Numbered from the stretch's first letter, positions 38,801-53,386 are shown. The stretch is DNA of 64,000 nucleotides from Oculina patagonica (GCF_052425735.1 NC_135771.1:15252001-15316000); one strand, 5' to 3'. Notes: generated by a model from the sequence alone, not told the origin. A program made the numbers and translations.

Positions 38801-39529
38801 AGCAAATTCTCAGAATGGTAAACATTGACAGCAATTGATTTTATCCTGTAAGGAGACGTAATATTTCGAGTTGGAAACAAAATTGTATTCTTGCAACAAA
38901 GAATGACCTATCAAAATTTAAAATCAGCCAAACAAGGATGTTAGTTTTAGGGTACTATCCTCTTGAAAGGAATAAATGAAAATGGAGATCATTAAAATGA
39001 ACAAAGATATCCGCACGAGAAAACTTTATTGCAGAGAACTTATCTGAAGTATAAGCGACTTACGGAAATTCAGGCTTTAAATGATCGTGTCAATAACTAT
39101 GTTTGTGAAATTTATTGCTTTCCATTTTTTTATCTTTTCGAAATTATAACCAATCAGATTAGGTCCTAGCTTTGCGTTAATTCTTTTTAAATTTCAAAAT
39201 GCCAGCTGTTATGAAAATGAATTTATGCTCGAATAAACAATTAATGATTTTGTTACTGCCGCCAAAGTGAGAGACCGATCTTGTCTCTGTTATTCCTTGC
39301 TAGCAACCAGCTACTGGTAGCAGCTACCACCTATACATTCTTTCATTTACAAAATGTTTTTTAAGCACAAATTGAATAACGTTGTCATGAATTTTTTCCA
39401 AACTACCACCTCTTTAAGACATTGGTCAAAAGAAGAGTTTTATAAGAGTTGTTTCTAGCAATCACGAGGCTTTTAGTCATTTTTGTTGCACTTAATTATT
39501 CTCAGGAGCCACTGCGGAAATTAATTCAA

Positions 39530-42500
39530 ATGGCATTTTCAAGAGGGCTACTGTTGTTTCTTCTGCTACCTATGAAAATCTCGCAAAGGTACGTAGCATG
39601 TAATAGAAATTCCATCCCCATAATACTAAACAGCACCTAACAATGTTAAATAACGATATTATGCTTTGAGGAGAAGGAGTGGGTTTTCGGCGGCTGAGCT
39701 TGTATGTGACGCAGGCCTGCTATAAAGGGATGAAGTTGCGGATTTTCATATTTGAAAAGAATTCATGAACGTTTTATTGACCTGAGCTTGCAAGATTAGA
39801 CCCATAGATCGCGCATGCGTTTTAAGCGTCATGCTAATCCACCTAATTATATCAGTAATGAATTAAAAATAAGGTTTACACCATATTGCTACAAAAATCT
39901 CAGCGTGACTTCGCCAGTTCGCCTTGTCTTTTGAAATGTCTAATAAGAACATATGTATAATTGTTATTTTTGTTTGTCTTGTTCAGTGAAAGCCCGTCTA
40001 TTAGTCGCCAGGAGATAGCCAATGCTTCAGAAATACTTGACAGATATTTGAAGAAGAAATGCTACGACAAAAGGGCCAGACCCAACGTAACTGGTATTTA
40101 TTTTATTACTGTCAAAGGAAAATAACTATGAATTTTAACTTTTGAGCTAAAGTTCTGTTTCCGAGATTAGCTTTATTAGAATAAATCACAGCAATATGAG
40201 TGGCTGTTTATTTATGTCAGCCCAATTTCTGTAATTGAAGCAAACAAACCAGCAGAAGAAACAAAAAAAGCGATTTTCGATCGAGTGTCGTGAAACCAAA
40301 AACAAAGTTGTTACTCTGACCAAACACAAACTGCGGACAATCCAGTGAAACAATCAAAACTCGAAGCAAATGCATGCAGCCAGCACGGAACGCGGGTAAA
40401 CGTGTGAGTGCAGTCACGATTGGATTTCGTTTTACTTCTGACTGGTTGCAAAAGTGGTGCGAGTTTGTTTAGAAAATCACTAACCTTAATTGTTCAAGCT
40501 TATTGCAATAACATTTAATTGTTTATCAGCTTGTTTGAGTTTGGATACGATAATTATCAAGGTCGTACAAATTTTTTAGACCATGAGAATATGTCTTTGG
40601 GGTGTTTGATTGACTCAATTTGTAATGAGTGAGATTCTAAGTGGGTGACTCGCTACATCTTTGACAGGCAGTCCAGAGATTGTAAACGTAAGCATGGCGA
40701 TAAAGGCGTTCAGTGAGATCAAAGAATCGAACATGGTGAGTGAGGCTATTTCCAATCTTGTTTTAGCTCTACAATGTCACTTATGATCGCAGAGTTCTAC
40801 CACACTAGCATCCGTCTGTATTAAACTCACCTGTAACTCCTATCCTAACTTTTCATTATCATGATCATGGTTTGTGCTACTCACGTCATACTTGTGTGTT
40901 GTGCAAGATAGAAATAAAGCTGTAGACGACATCACATGTCTTACAATCCGTGTGACGCCTTATCCATGGATCATGGAAGATGTTAAGTTCCTTGTACTGA
41001 GGTGTCAGCATACTTCAAACTGTTCTTCTACCTCTTTTGCGAATTTTAGGAATTTCAAGTGTACGTTTATCTTCGTCAACAATGGATAGATAAACGGCTT
41101 GCACATGGTACCGAAGCCACACTGACGCTGGGAGGGACCGATGTTGAGCGCATTTGGCTCCCAGACACTTATATTACGAACGCTAACGACTACGAAGTGT
41201 TCACATCCAACCAGTTGGTGCTGATTGACAACAAAGGGCAGATTTTCTACTTTGCTTATGTGCGGATAGCGGGAGCATGTCAGATGGACCTTGTCAAGTT
41301 CCCAATGGACGTACAGCGCTGTCATTTGACTTTGGAGAGCTGTAAGTACAACACATCTTGTAAATATTTACAGCGATACTACACCGACAACTGTCTAATA
41401 AGATACACTGTAGATATCAGTTTTTATTTAGATTCTTACAGTTGGTGTGATATCTATTATATTATTATTAATTATTATATTATTATTATTATTATTATTA
41501 TATCTCGCGATTTTTCTCGACTTAATAAAGTGTAGATGTAGATGTGTAGACATGGCCTAAAAAAATCCAAGCCTGTTTATATGACAGGCCATGCGCGCAT
41601 CGAAAGGGCTAAATTGTGCTCATCATATTAAATGGTTCACCTCTCCTTTTCTCTTTTTCGTTGAAAATAAAAGCGTTCATAAGTATGAAGACCTATGAAA
41701 CGACTCTCTCGTGGTTCCCAGACATTTTGCTTTTAACCATTTTTCATTCGCCTGTACAGAAATTCAATCAGCACCCTGTGATATTTTTACACTGTGTATT
41801 TCTGATTGTGTCCCGCCTCCTCTGCGTGATTATCTTAAAACCATACTCAATCTCAAAAGGACCTGACAAATATATGACACCATTTTGGACCAAAACAGCT
41901 TAAGCACAATACAGTTGAATCCCAATAACTCGAACCTTCAAGGGAAATCGAAAACGGTTCGAATAATCGGGGGTTCAAGCTAGCGAGGGTAAAATTAGTA
42001 AGAAGATGACCTGGAGGGGAATCGAAAAAGGTTCGAGTTATCGGGATACAACTGTACTTGTAGAGCTTATATGGGGGAAAGCCCAGGGGGAATCGTTAAT
42101 TACTGGATGCTTGGTGATATTGGTACAAATGCAGTCAACAAACACAACCATCAATCCCTCCTCACTTTTGTCAGTAAAAACTCTTCAAAACAAGTTTCTT
42201 ATGGTCACGGAACTGGTTTCCTGTATAGTGTATTTCTCAAAGCTCAATGCGCGTCACAATCAAAGTCACGGGGTAATTCTGGACATCATAGACCGGGCTA
42301 TTCTACCACAGTTTTCGGATACCATTTCACAAAATCCAAACATTCTTTCGTCGAGTACCGTTCTACAGAAGGAAATTATTCTTGTTGGGCTTCCCTTTGC
42401 TTTGGTCAGTGTTTTTTTTTTCCACACTGAATCATCCCAAGGTTCATTCACAGCGCTCTTTTACCGCTCTGACCAGTTGTTACAAATTGTCATAGATCAA

Positions 42501-44542
42501 CATCGTACCATATTCAGCATATTGATATGAATATGACGTCGTATGCTTGGTTTCTTCTCAGTCCGCCATACTATTGAAGAGATGGATTTTCGGTGGAAGG
42601 AAGAAGAGCCAATTACGCTTTTCAGCGAGGAGTTAGCCGAATTCGATGTGGTTAAATTTGAAGTGGAGTCAAAAAAGGTTTCCTATGTTTCAGGTTAGAC
42701 AAAGTTCTTGACACATTTTTTTTGTACTTTTTCTGACACCTTTTTACATGCAATCGCTTCCTTGTGATTTCAAACAAAATCTCAGATATGCGGGGGTGGA
42801 GTTGACATGGCCAGTGCCTGTTGTACGGGAAGAAAATGCCACCTTAGTATTGTGAGCAATGTAGTATTCGTGTATTAAATTCTTTTTATCTGCCAATCGA
42901 AATCATAGACTATAACAAGACAAAGTTACCGAGACAAATGACGGAAGGAATGATAGCGATGAATGGCAATATCTAGCCTAGTATTTTCACTTTCCATTCC
43001 CAATTACTCTGCGAGATTTGGACGAGGAATGTTACACATATCTGTTAGGGCAGAACAGAATAATTTGGCTGCTTGTTCTTCGTGAACCACTTGCAGGAGC
43101 GACGAAATTATAGAATATGTAGAATCCATAGGTATGGGGTACTGATCCTGCTATAAATTATTTCTTGGTTCGCTAAACAATTGCCAGAAAATTGCCTGGT
43201 TTAACGGATCTATGAATTTTCGACGCACCTGTCAGCTCAGTTTTTTTTTGCTCATATTCTTTTCTCGTTTTTAGGAAATTACAAAAACTTGATCGTGACG
43301 TTCACGTTTAATCGCCGCATGGGATTTTACTTCATTCAATTCTACATACCTTGCATTGTGATGGTTTCACTGAGCTGGATCTCGTTCTGGATGGATCGAT
43401 ATTACATCGGAGAACGACTTTCTCTCGGAGTCACGACCATACTTACGATTGTGTTTCTGCTCGGTTCCAGTAACTCGACCATGCCTCGGGTCAGCTACGC
43501 TAAGGCAATTGACTGGTATCTTCTTGGTTCCTTCATCTTTGTGTTTTCTACGCTGGTCACAGATTTACTCGTTTACAGGTTCCGCTCAAAAGAAGAAGAG
43601 AGGAGAAAAGAAGAAAAAGAAGGAGAAAAGAAGGTAACTGAGAAAATATTTGACCTGTTCAGTCAGTTGTGTCCAGTTAACTGCCCCTTTGAAAGCAAGA
43701 GTCTCCTGAAACGCCTAAAGGCCTTGCCCCAGCTGACTCCATACGCTAAACACTTTTTAAATAATAGCGCTTTCTGTTAACAGACCAAAGTCATTTCATC
43801 TTCATCTTCAAACATGAGCGTGTTCTAGGAAGAGAAACACGGGAAAGTTAAATTTTAATTTCCAGCGCCTAAATACGTTCGAATTTTTTTATTACAAAAT
43901 CGCAAATGCTCAAAGGTCCTCAAAGCAGGAGTCAGTTAGTTTACCTGTGGATTGTACGGGCACCTTAATAATCTTCGTGAAAATAACATCTCCTGCTTTG
44001 AGATTTTTAATTTTAGATTTTGATGATGTCACGTAAAAAGAGAGGTTTGACTGACTGACTGACGGACGGACTAGCTGGTTGGCTGGCTGGCTTACTTGCT
44101 TGCTTACATGCTTACTTACCGATCACGCATTAGTTTATTTATCTATTAACTATTTTCTGCATGTATTAACTTAACCTGACGAACTTAACAATAGAAAAAA
44201 GGATAACATTTCCAATACAATTTAATGGTAATTAAATTTCCTTTCATTTCCAAGCCTCAAAACAACAAGATAGTGTTCCAGTGTAAGCATGGCTTCCAAC
44301 CAAACTACGTTGCTGATGCCAATGGCCAAGTTCATTTGGTCAGCCAGCAAGGAAACAAACCTGAAAAAAAATCGCCGTGTAAAAACAATCTGATCACGTG
44401 TTGTATGGCTTGTACCCAGTCTACAGACAGAGAGAAAACCGATCTTAGCGTGCTTACCAACAAATGCTGCCGGTACATGTTCCCTATATCGTTCGCGATT
44501 TTCAACCTTATTTACTGGCTGGCTCTGAGTACAGAGAATTAA
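39530..44542 (+). CDS. Cys-loop ligand-gated ion channel subunit, GABA-A/glycine-receptor-like
   Basis: Seven in-frame exons: 39530-39588 (signal peptide), 39987-40093 (YDKRARP), 40668-40735, 41050-41341 (YLRQQWIDKRL, IWLPDTY, Cys loop CQMDLVKFPMDVQRC), 42562-42693, 43275-43633 (M1 GFYFIQFYIPC..SWISFW, M2, PRVSYAKAIDWY, M3), and 44255 (or 44282)-44542 (M4 RYMFPISFAIFNLIYW). Confidence 0.93.
41912..42054. mobile_element. Short TA-flanked MITE in channel intron 4
   Basis: TA-cagttgaatcccaataactcgaacc ... ggttcgagttatcgggatacaactg-TA. Confidence 0.85.
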
Positions 44543-45206
44543 AATCCAATTGACTGCTCGCTGTGAGGGAAGTGATGAAGAACTTGAGATCAGCGAAACG
44601 TTTCAGTGCATGAAGGAGACAGACAACTTTGCACAACAAGATCAAACCGGACAAACTGGATTAGAACTGTGCTGCCCGTTTCTAAACCGGCCTGAAGTGA
44701 CTGCAAACGATCTATGGTTGGATGCATAACACATAGAATATCTTATTATTTTAAATGCATGATAACCATGTTGGCGTAAGATTACTGGGGTGAGAGAATG
44801 GTCCTTTTAAGAACCAGTAAGAAAACGACGTCTGTAAAAAGATTTTTTTCGTATACCTCTAATATACTTTTCAGTTTTCTTAACCTGAACGAGTCACGGT
44901 AGTCTCAACACTAAATTAAGTATACTGATGAAATTTTTAGAGGCTAAAGTGACCTTTAACTTTGTACTTTTCGTGTCGAGAATTTAATGTTATTGGTTCC
45001 GGCTCGTCGAGGAAGACGTAACCTTTTATGTTTAGTGACGTTTTAGTTTATGTCTCCAGAAACCACGAGTATAGTTAATTTTTAATGTAAAACTAGTCAA
45101 GGTAAACGAGCGATAAAATTATAGCTTTGTATCACGAGGACTGGGTCAAAATAGGTTAGGGTACTGTATTACCAATTCCTAGCAATATATATTATAACAT
45201 AGCTAG

Positions 45207-45706
45207 NNNNNNNNNNNNNNNNNNNNNNNNNNNNNNNNNNNNNNNNNNNNNNNNNNNNNNNNNNNNNNNNNNNNNNNNNNNNNNNNNNNNNNNNNNNNNN
45301 NNNNNNNNNNNNNNNNNNNNNNNNNNNNNNNNNNNNNNNNNNNNNNNNNNNNNNNNNNNNNNNNNNNNNNNNNNNNNNNNNNNNNNNNNNNNNNNNNNNN
45401 NNNNNNNNNNNNNNNNNNNNNNNNNNNNNNNNNNNNNNNNNNNNNNNNNNNNNNNNNNNNNNNNNNNNNNNNNNNNNNNNNNNNNNNNNNNNNNNNNNNN
45501 NNNNNNNNNNNNNNNNNNNNNNNNNNNNNNNNNNNNNNNNNNNNNNNNNNNNNNNNNNNNNNNNNNNNNNNNNNNNNNNNNNNNNNNNNNNNNNNNNNNN
45601 NNNNNNNNNNNNNNNNNNNNNNNNNNNNNNNNNNNNNNNNNNNNNNNNNNNNNNNNNNNNNNNNNNNNNNNNNNNNNNNNNNNNNNNNNNNNNNNNNNNN
45701 NNNNNN
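45207..45706. other. Assembly gap (500 N)
   Basis: A run of exactly 500 N, consistent with a scaffolding placeholder. Confidence 0.99.
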
Positions 45707-47997
45707 TACTCAATAATAAAAAATGGGGGGCACTGAGTTTGTGAGTTATAAACACATAAAGCAAAACAGATTATACTGTTGCTATGATAGCCAGTGATGG
45801 TCAGTGATGTCAAGAAATTTACTACAATTTGTTTTCCAATGATTGGGCATTTGGAAAGTGCTGGAAACGTACGTTGTCAGCCTAAGAAGAAAGCAAGCTT
45901 TAAAGACGCCGGGGGGGGGGGGGTGGACTATTGTCCTTGGGATCCTACAGCAGTATCAATCCTTTCAGTTTATTTTCAGATATGACAACACTGCGTAGAA
46001 TTTGTCTAAAAGTTATTTTTTTAACTTGAGAGTTATTAAACCGTCAAAATTTGTTCTATCAAGAACTTAGATACTTGTTTAATGAAGAGCGCTATCTATC
46101 AGAAAAGAAGGAAAATGATCAACCCGTTAAATAAGTCAATTGACAACTTCCGATCACAAGAAAATGGTCTGTGTAAACTGGAGCATGTTTTTTTTTCATC
46201 AATATAAACTTGAACGCTTTCTTTACCAGTGAATGTTTCAAAAGAGGAAAGCTGTGAAAACACTCACGGAGACTCCACAGCTGTTTCAACTTCACAAACT
46301 TTCATAAGCGTTTCCAGACTGAATGTACTGCAATCAAGCAAAGAGTTTGTTTTACGAGTTTTTATTAAATAAAAGCCTGGAATAAATTTCAGTCTCCATG
46401 GAGTTAGCAGGTAAGGAATGGTTTTCGACCACTCACAGACCATGTATCCTTCATTCCTTTTTATCCCATAATTCATGTTGATAAAATCATAACTCTAGAC
46501 TATTGAAAATGTAACTTTAGCAGACATCTCTTTAAAGATTCATCTGTTATAATACCAAGTTTCGCTCTCAAGATTTGTTTCTTTTGATTCATTTTCAGGT
46601 AACAATATTACATAATTTTTTTCTTGATAAGACCTCTTAATTTCACGTAACAAAAGTGCTGTCATTCGAACGGTCATGCTTTCTTTGTTCTGTAAAGAAT
46701 TCAATAACGAATTTAATAAAGAAAATTTTCAACTGCAAGAGTAGTTTCCTAGATATTAACTCACTGTGAATCTACTTTGGCTCTTCATTTCGTCGTAATA
46801 GCAATATTTTGTTTCCAATCGTTTACTTCAATTTGACTTTTCAAATGCTGGTATGGTTGCTCGCTTTTATCCTTTTTTCTGGTCTGTGATAAATGATTTA
46901 ATTTTTCCTGTTGACTCTGTTTTCTATATTAAATAAAAAACTGTTAACTTTGCATAACAAAACCAAGGCACACACTTGCTGTTTGCTAGTGCCTGTTATT
47001 TGACTAATTTTCACCTGTCTGTCAACAAGTAATTAAGTAGGACACTTAACAAGAGAAAGCCACCTATCAATCCAGTTCTTTCTAGAGTTAGGCTTGCGGT
47101 AAGCAAGATTTAACTTACAGCAGAAAATAACTATTAAGGGTCAAACGTGTATGGAAAAGCTCCCTCTGCAGTAAGTCACTTTCTATGTAATAGTATTTTA
47201 TAATATTTATTATTTTATTGGAGTACAGTTATTCTAGATACCATGTACGCACCAACCACAAATGACAAGATGTATCTCAGTACGAAGTAACTTTGCATTT
47301 TTCCGACAGAGTAAAAAAGTAGATCAAAACTTTTCCTGTTTCGAATGATGGCTTTCTGGTGGGAACATCTTTCAACTCCTGCAAATAGGGGTTATGTGAT
47401 ATTTGTCTTAACTTGAATATATCAATTTTATCTCCATCCTGGTATCGATTTTTTCCTTCCGGACGGTTACAAGTCGGTTACGTAAGGTGGCTACTAAAAA
47501 GTTAAAATTATCGAGGATAAAAAAAGGAACTTTCAATACGTTCGTGATAACGTAATTATAATCAATTTCGTTTTGGCTCTGTAGCATAAGGCAAGTATTT
47601 CACCGAAAACATAGACTGGTTACTTCGATTCGAAATTCTAGCCAATTTACGTTCCCTTAAAAAAACACTCTTCCCTTTCACTATATCTTTGCCTTCTTTA
47701 AAATGTGATAATTTAAGCCTGTGCAATGGTATTGAAATATATATATGTAAAAAATGAGCTGCGGTCGGAACATGAAATGAAAGATATGATCTTCGCAATG
47801 CGTAAGTAATTTCAACTTTGTTTCTTAGCCTGGAAAAATGTGAAGGTTGCAACGGGATTCAAACTCAGTGACCTTATAATTTCCGAGGTGTTGCTTTACC
47901 ATGAATGAGTGCAATGAAGCCTTGACATGCTCGGAGCAGGTCACACTGTTAATCATTAATTTCAAGCCTTAAATTATAATATTTGTTTGTAGTAGGT

Positions 47998-50900
47998 ATG
48001 GCCGGAGATAGGATCTTAACAATTATTTTTCTGAGTGGCATTGCCTTCTTGCTGCTGGACAAAGGACCATGTCACGCGGCGGAAAGTGGTGAGTTGCTTG
48101 TTTATGCATATGATACCAAACATTTGTTCAGCAAAAAAATGCCCAAACAGAGTGTTGGCATCAAAAGGTAAACACTTTATTGAGATCACAGCCGGATGTG
48201 TGCTAAAACAAGGTCTGAAATAACTTGTATGTTCAATCAGTGGAGCTCAGTGGGAACTTCAGAAACGATTTTCCAATAATTAAAAGGTCTGTTCCTGTGG
48301 CAATTTCTACCTTACGGTCCAATCTTCTACAGTCTTAACCATCCGTTCTTTTCACATTTTCTAAGCTCCCAAACAATTATTTTAAGGAGGTCCACAGTAT
48401 TTTTTCTTTGAAATTGAGATGAGACTTTTGAAGATACAAATTCGGTCTAGAGGCAACATTCGCCTTCACTGATGGTCTCAGGGAAACAAAACTCCCTGTT
48501 TCCCTTGCTAAATACTTAAAAAAAAGGACGAAGATGAATTCGTTGCGCGAGCGTTTCAACTCGAATCTATTTCATAAACCCCCCACACATTGATTAATGT
48601 TACAAAGGTTACGAAGATTGTGTATAAATTTGTTTGTATTTTACCTCTTGCCCCCCCTCGATTAGTTCTGCAACTAGTACTAGTAGCGGGGGCAAGAACT
48701 CTCAGTTTGTAATCAGTATGTTCATTATATGTAACTGTAACATAAGGTCACATAAGTTTGTTTTAGTTTTTGTTACATTGATTCAACGGCTATTTGTAGG
48801 AAATCGGTGCTATGAGACTTTGGATTTTGAGGACTCGGAGCAGCACAGGTGCTTCGTTACAGCAAGAGGAAAGATTTCATTCTCTTCCTTCACAGCCAAA
48901 CATGGGACATTGTCTCTGCAATGGGAATCTGAAGACACGGGCACATCAGAACTAAGGTACAACAGACCATCATCAGCTCCTGCCATAAACAAACATCATC
49001 TACTGAGAGGAGGAATTAAGATGTGGATTTACAAGGAAACAGCTTCCAAGGGAAAGAAGATGGAAGTAAGGTTCACAGACGACACAAGGAATGTCAGAGT
49101 GGGAAAGTTTACGGTCGACTTGGCGTTTAAAGGTTGGAGAGCAATATGGGTGAGATACTCTGAGTGCAAAGAACGCGAGGACAGTCTTAGATATCCGGCG
49201 GAAATTACAAGAGTCGACTTTGTTTTAGACCACCAAGACACAGTCTATATTGATTTGGTTGAATTCGTTGAAAACATGGCCTGGGAATCTCGCGACAAAA
49301 TTGTTCCACCTTTCACAAAATTTGGCCCAAAGTATGACGCAAGCTATGTTTGGCGGCAAACGTATCGCTGGAGTAAACAGAAACCGACTGAGCTCCCAAG
49401 TAGTATTGATTCTTCCAAGGAATTAAGTCTCGCTCACATAGAAAGTCGACTGAGAAACTGGTATTGTGATGAGAAGCAAACCAGTTATGATTTCTCGGGA
49501 AGTCTCAGCAGACGTTGGAGTTCACTTACGCGAAGCATCGACAAGGCCCACATTGAATACGACAGGCTCGAGTTTAAAACATCGTCCGGTAAGAGAGTAA
49601 TTCACGGCCCGCCATTGTTTTGCCTCAGGTGTAAAAGAGGAACAAGATATTATTCCACCTCAGATCCAACAAGGAAGTTTAGCTTTATAATGGCGAGAGT
49701 CCTGTTGCCTTTAGCATTAGAATTTCATCTAAGATCTCGAGGTAACGAACTTACAGAGACAGTAAGGAGAGAGACACCTCTACTGAATTCCCCAGATCCC
49801 AACGTTATGCAAAAGTCACTCAGAAGAATTTGTGGAGGTCTCAAAACTAGACAGACTGAGTTTCAAAACTATCTTAAAGCGCAGGGAACGCCATACACAA
49901 ATGCCAAAGTGCGTAGCTCCTTAGAGAACATAAACAAGGTACGTCTTCAAAGAGTCATCAATGTCCTGGATTACCTTGAGGACCAAGGATGGGCAGATGG
50001 GAGTGGCTTAGGTACGCTGGCTTACGAGATGCTACGAAGTCAGGCTGGTTATATGCATACTCTTTTCTTACTTAAAGACTCTTTACATTTGGATAATGCG
50101 AACAAGACAAGATTGGTGAATTTAATAAACACCGCAAAATGGTATAATGAATTTGGTGAAGTATATCAAGCACCATTTGAGTACAGTGGAACGACAGCCG
50201 ACCGAATGATCACAATAATGGTATTTCGACTCATGACTGTATTGGTAATGCCGACTAATACAGAAGACGAAATAAAAGCTCGACATAGAGATATGGAGGC
50301 TTTAAAACGATGGATGGACAACGCTTTGACAATCAACAAAGCATTTGGAGGCGTCATCAAACCGGATTATACTGGTTTTCATCACATGGCATTCTACGCT
50401 TCAGCATATATACCACAGGCTTTGCACACAGCCGCACAGGTGCAATATCTCTTAGAAGGGACGGACTTTGCCTTATCAAACACAGCAAAAAGCAATTTAC
50501 GAAGAGCTCTTGAAACCGTCCGAGTGGTGGCTGTAAAATATTCAACCCCAAGCAGTGTAGGTGGACGCTTCCCTGACTACTCTAATGCTGTTCTCAGAAA
50601 AGTCCTCCCTGCCTATGCATACATCAGCATATCCCACCCAAAGGCTCTACCGGCGACCACTACCAAAGGAATAACCATCCCTGCCTTGACTAAAGATGCT
50701 GAGATGTTTGCGCGCTTGTATCAGCCTTCAGAAGCCAACATCGTTAAATACATGGAAGATGGCTGGGTCCATCCGGGGAAGTCGTACATGAACAGCCTTG
50801 GATCGCTGGAAATAATGCGAAAAGTAAGTACATAAAATAACCGCAGCGATTAGAAATGAAAACGTTTTGCGTAAACTAGAAGGGAAAATTTGAATGCCTG

Positions 50901-53061
50901 TTGCCTTAGAATTCCAGATAATAAAGGAATTGTTCTCTTCAACATATCTTAATTTTATACAACTCAGCTAGTGCGACGCCGTCCTGGTAATAACCGATAT
51001 ATTAATTTTTCTTGCCTTAAATAAATGTCAATATCGTGATTCGTGAGCATGAATTCGGAAAACCAAGAGCCAAAAGACATATTCATATCTTCACTTCGTT
51101 GTTCTAAAGCGCATTTCACGAATGAGCAAGGTTAATTAGTCATACTTTTAGCTCCGTCTTTTCAAAATTTCGCAAAATCGCTGTGATATAATTTATTGCT
51201 TAAGTCACGTTACAATTTCACAGCGACCAACCACATACGTTTTAAACATAACGGTGTTATACAAACCAAAACGGTTTCTCGTTATTGAATAATAAAACCT
51301 TGTGTTTTAATTAACGCACTCTAACCAATCAGAACATGTTCACTGGTGCTCCCCTCTTGCTTGGCACTATTTGAATGTTCTTACTTTGAATTCTGATCGG
51401 CTCACTATTCAGGTCTGATAACATTGACTTAGGACTCAAGTCAATGGTTATTTTTTTTTTTGTAAACGACAAAGTGTAACTATTGTAAGTGGTAATTTAC
51501 ATATGACTTTTAAATACATCAAACAAACGCGCCTTTTTTATTCAAGGATGATTTTCACAGCTACTCGTCAACTTCTCGAAGTTGAAGCTAATAGAAGTTG
51601 TATCTGTTTTTATTGTAGGTAGGCTCCATGGTCGCCACTGCTGAGAAATCTCCACAGGGCCATTGGTCCAAGAACTTTGCAGCCCTCTCGATTCACCGTC
51701 GCGAAGACTGGGCTGTCACAGTTAAGGGTTTTAACAGGTTTGTCTGGGACTTTGAAGGATCTACATCAAAATTGGAAAACGTCCACGGCATCTTTCAAAG
51801 CCATGGCGCGATGCTTATAGCAAACAGTGAGGAGGCACTGAAGGCTCACGACGTAAATGAGGGATGGGATTGGACGAAAATTCCCGGCGCCACGACGATA
51901 TCACTGACCTTGCAGGAAACGAGGTTGAAGAAGGAAAGAATTTTCAGTCCACTTTCTCTTGCTGGAGGAGTTGCCTTTAAAGGGACAGAGACTCTCTCCA
52001 GCGGTGCCTTTGGTATGGACTTTCACCAACCGGATTACGAGTTCTTGAATAAAAATCACCCTTACCCCAATATCAAGCTTTATTTTAAGAAGTCTGTGTT
52101 CTTTTATCAAAACCTGTTAGTCTGCTTAGGCAGTAGCATTCGATTGGAGAACGGCTCTGGAAAGAAAGCACAAACAACACTCTTTCAAGACAAGCTGCTA
52201 AGAGGTTTTTCTCCATTCTTCATTAAAGTGGATGGCGCTCAAAAGGGTTGTTCAGATCCGTTGAACACTACGACACCATATGCTAGAAATGGAGAAAAAA
52301 ATTACACCACTCTTGTTGACTCCAAAGGCAACAGCTACTATATTCCACGTTCAAGTGCCTCTAGTCTCAAGGTTCATATTCAAAATCAAACCTCCGAAAC
52401 ACCATCAGCTAAAACGTCACAAGGTTGCTATGGTACCGCCTGGCTTGAGCACAGTCCCTCGATTCAAAGCTATGAATACGCAGTCTACATCAAAACACCG
52501 TCATATCCACGCACGGCAGACGAAGCTTGGAGTTATCAAGAAAATGATACTCAAAGCAAACTATACGAAGTTTTAAAACAGGATGATGAAGCACACGTGG
52601 TGAAATTTGGCAAGGCACCAGAACGCTGGTCAGTGATAAGTCCGTTGTATGGTTATGTGATTTTCCGGCCTACAGCAGCACTTCCACTGGGCCCAATCAT
52701 GACAGCGAACAAGCACTGCCGTATCTTGGTGTGTGACTCCACAAGCTACTTGTATCTAAGTATCAGCTACCCTGATCTGAATTTTCCTGACGCCAAGGTA
52801 TTAAAGAGTTTGAAAGATATCAAAGCACGAGAGATGTACGACCTGGAAAGCAAAGAAATCCAAGTAGAGGTTACTCTGGCAACCAATGTGGAAACAAGCC
52901 TTCCAACGGCACCCATGGTACACGGATCCCCAATCAACTACATACCAGTAGTCAGAGTGGAGTCATCATCTTCTTCACCTCCAAACAAGGGTAACAAAAT
53001 TGTCTTCGCCAATCTCAGGAATGGTTTCAGCGTTGAAATTAAGTTAAAAAAAGTAAGGTAA
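47998..53061 (+). CDS. Secreted chondroitin ABC lyase-like protein (PL8), copy B, about 1185 aa
   Basis: Exons 47998-48088, 48800-50823 and 51619-53061 are in frame with the same motifs as copy A. One extra A in the terminal A-run changes the end from KLKK* to KLKKVR*. Confidence 0.9.
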
Positions 53062-53269
53062 AGTTCAAGTTCTCTTATGAACAAAAATTCGGGGCTACCA
53101 ACTTGTAAAATCGAAGGATGAAATTATCATTAATAATCGTTTAATGTAAAGAATATCTAGTTAGTGGTTTAATGGTATATGAAAATAATAAAGGCTTGTA
53201 ACGAAAATGTTTCGTTTTTCACTGCTCACTCAGCTCTCTTCGAACTACGCCCTCGCTTTTATCCATGGC

Positions 53270-53353
53270 CGACCGACCGCCGACCGGTAAGCTCAGTTGG
53301 TAGAGCGCCGGACTACCGTGCGGGAGGTCTCGGGTTCGAGTCCCAGACCGGAT

Positions 53354-53386
<33 letters not shown>

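Noticed and set aside
42006-42530. 174-aa and 119-aa ORFs in channel intron 4
   Set aside because: The longer one starts inside a MITE; neither has recognisable motifs or supporting splice structure.
45169-45813. 214-aa and 190-aa ORFs
   Set aside because: Artefacts of translating through the N gap.
53041-53061. Functional C-terminal difference (KKVR vs KK) between lyase copies
   Set aside because: A single-base difference in an A homopolymer; it could be a sequencing error and adds only two residues.
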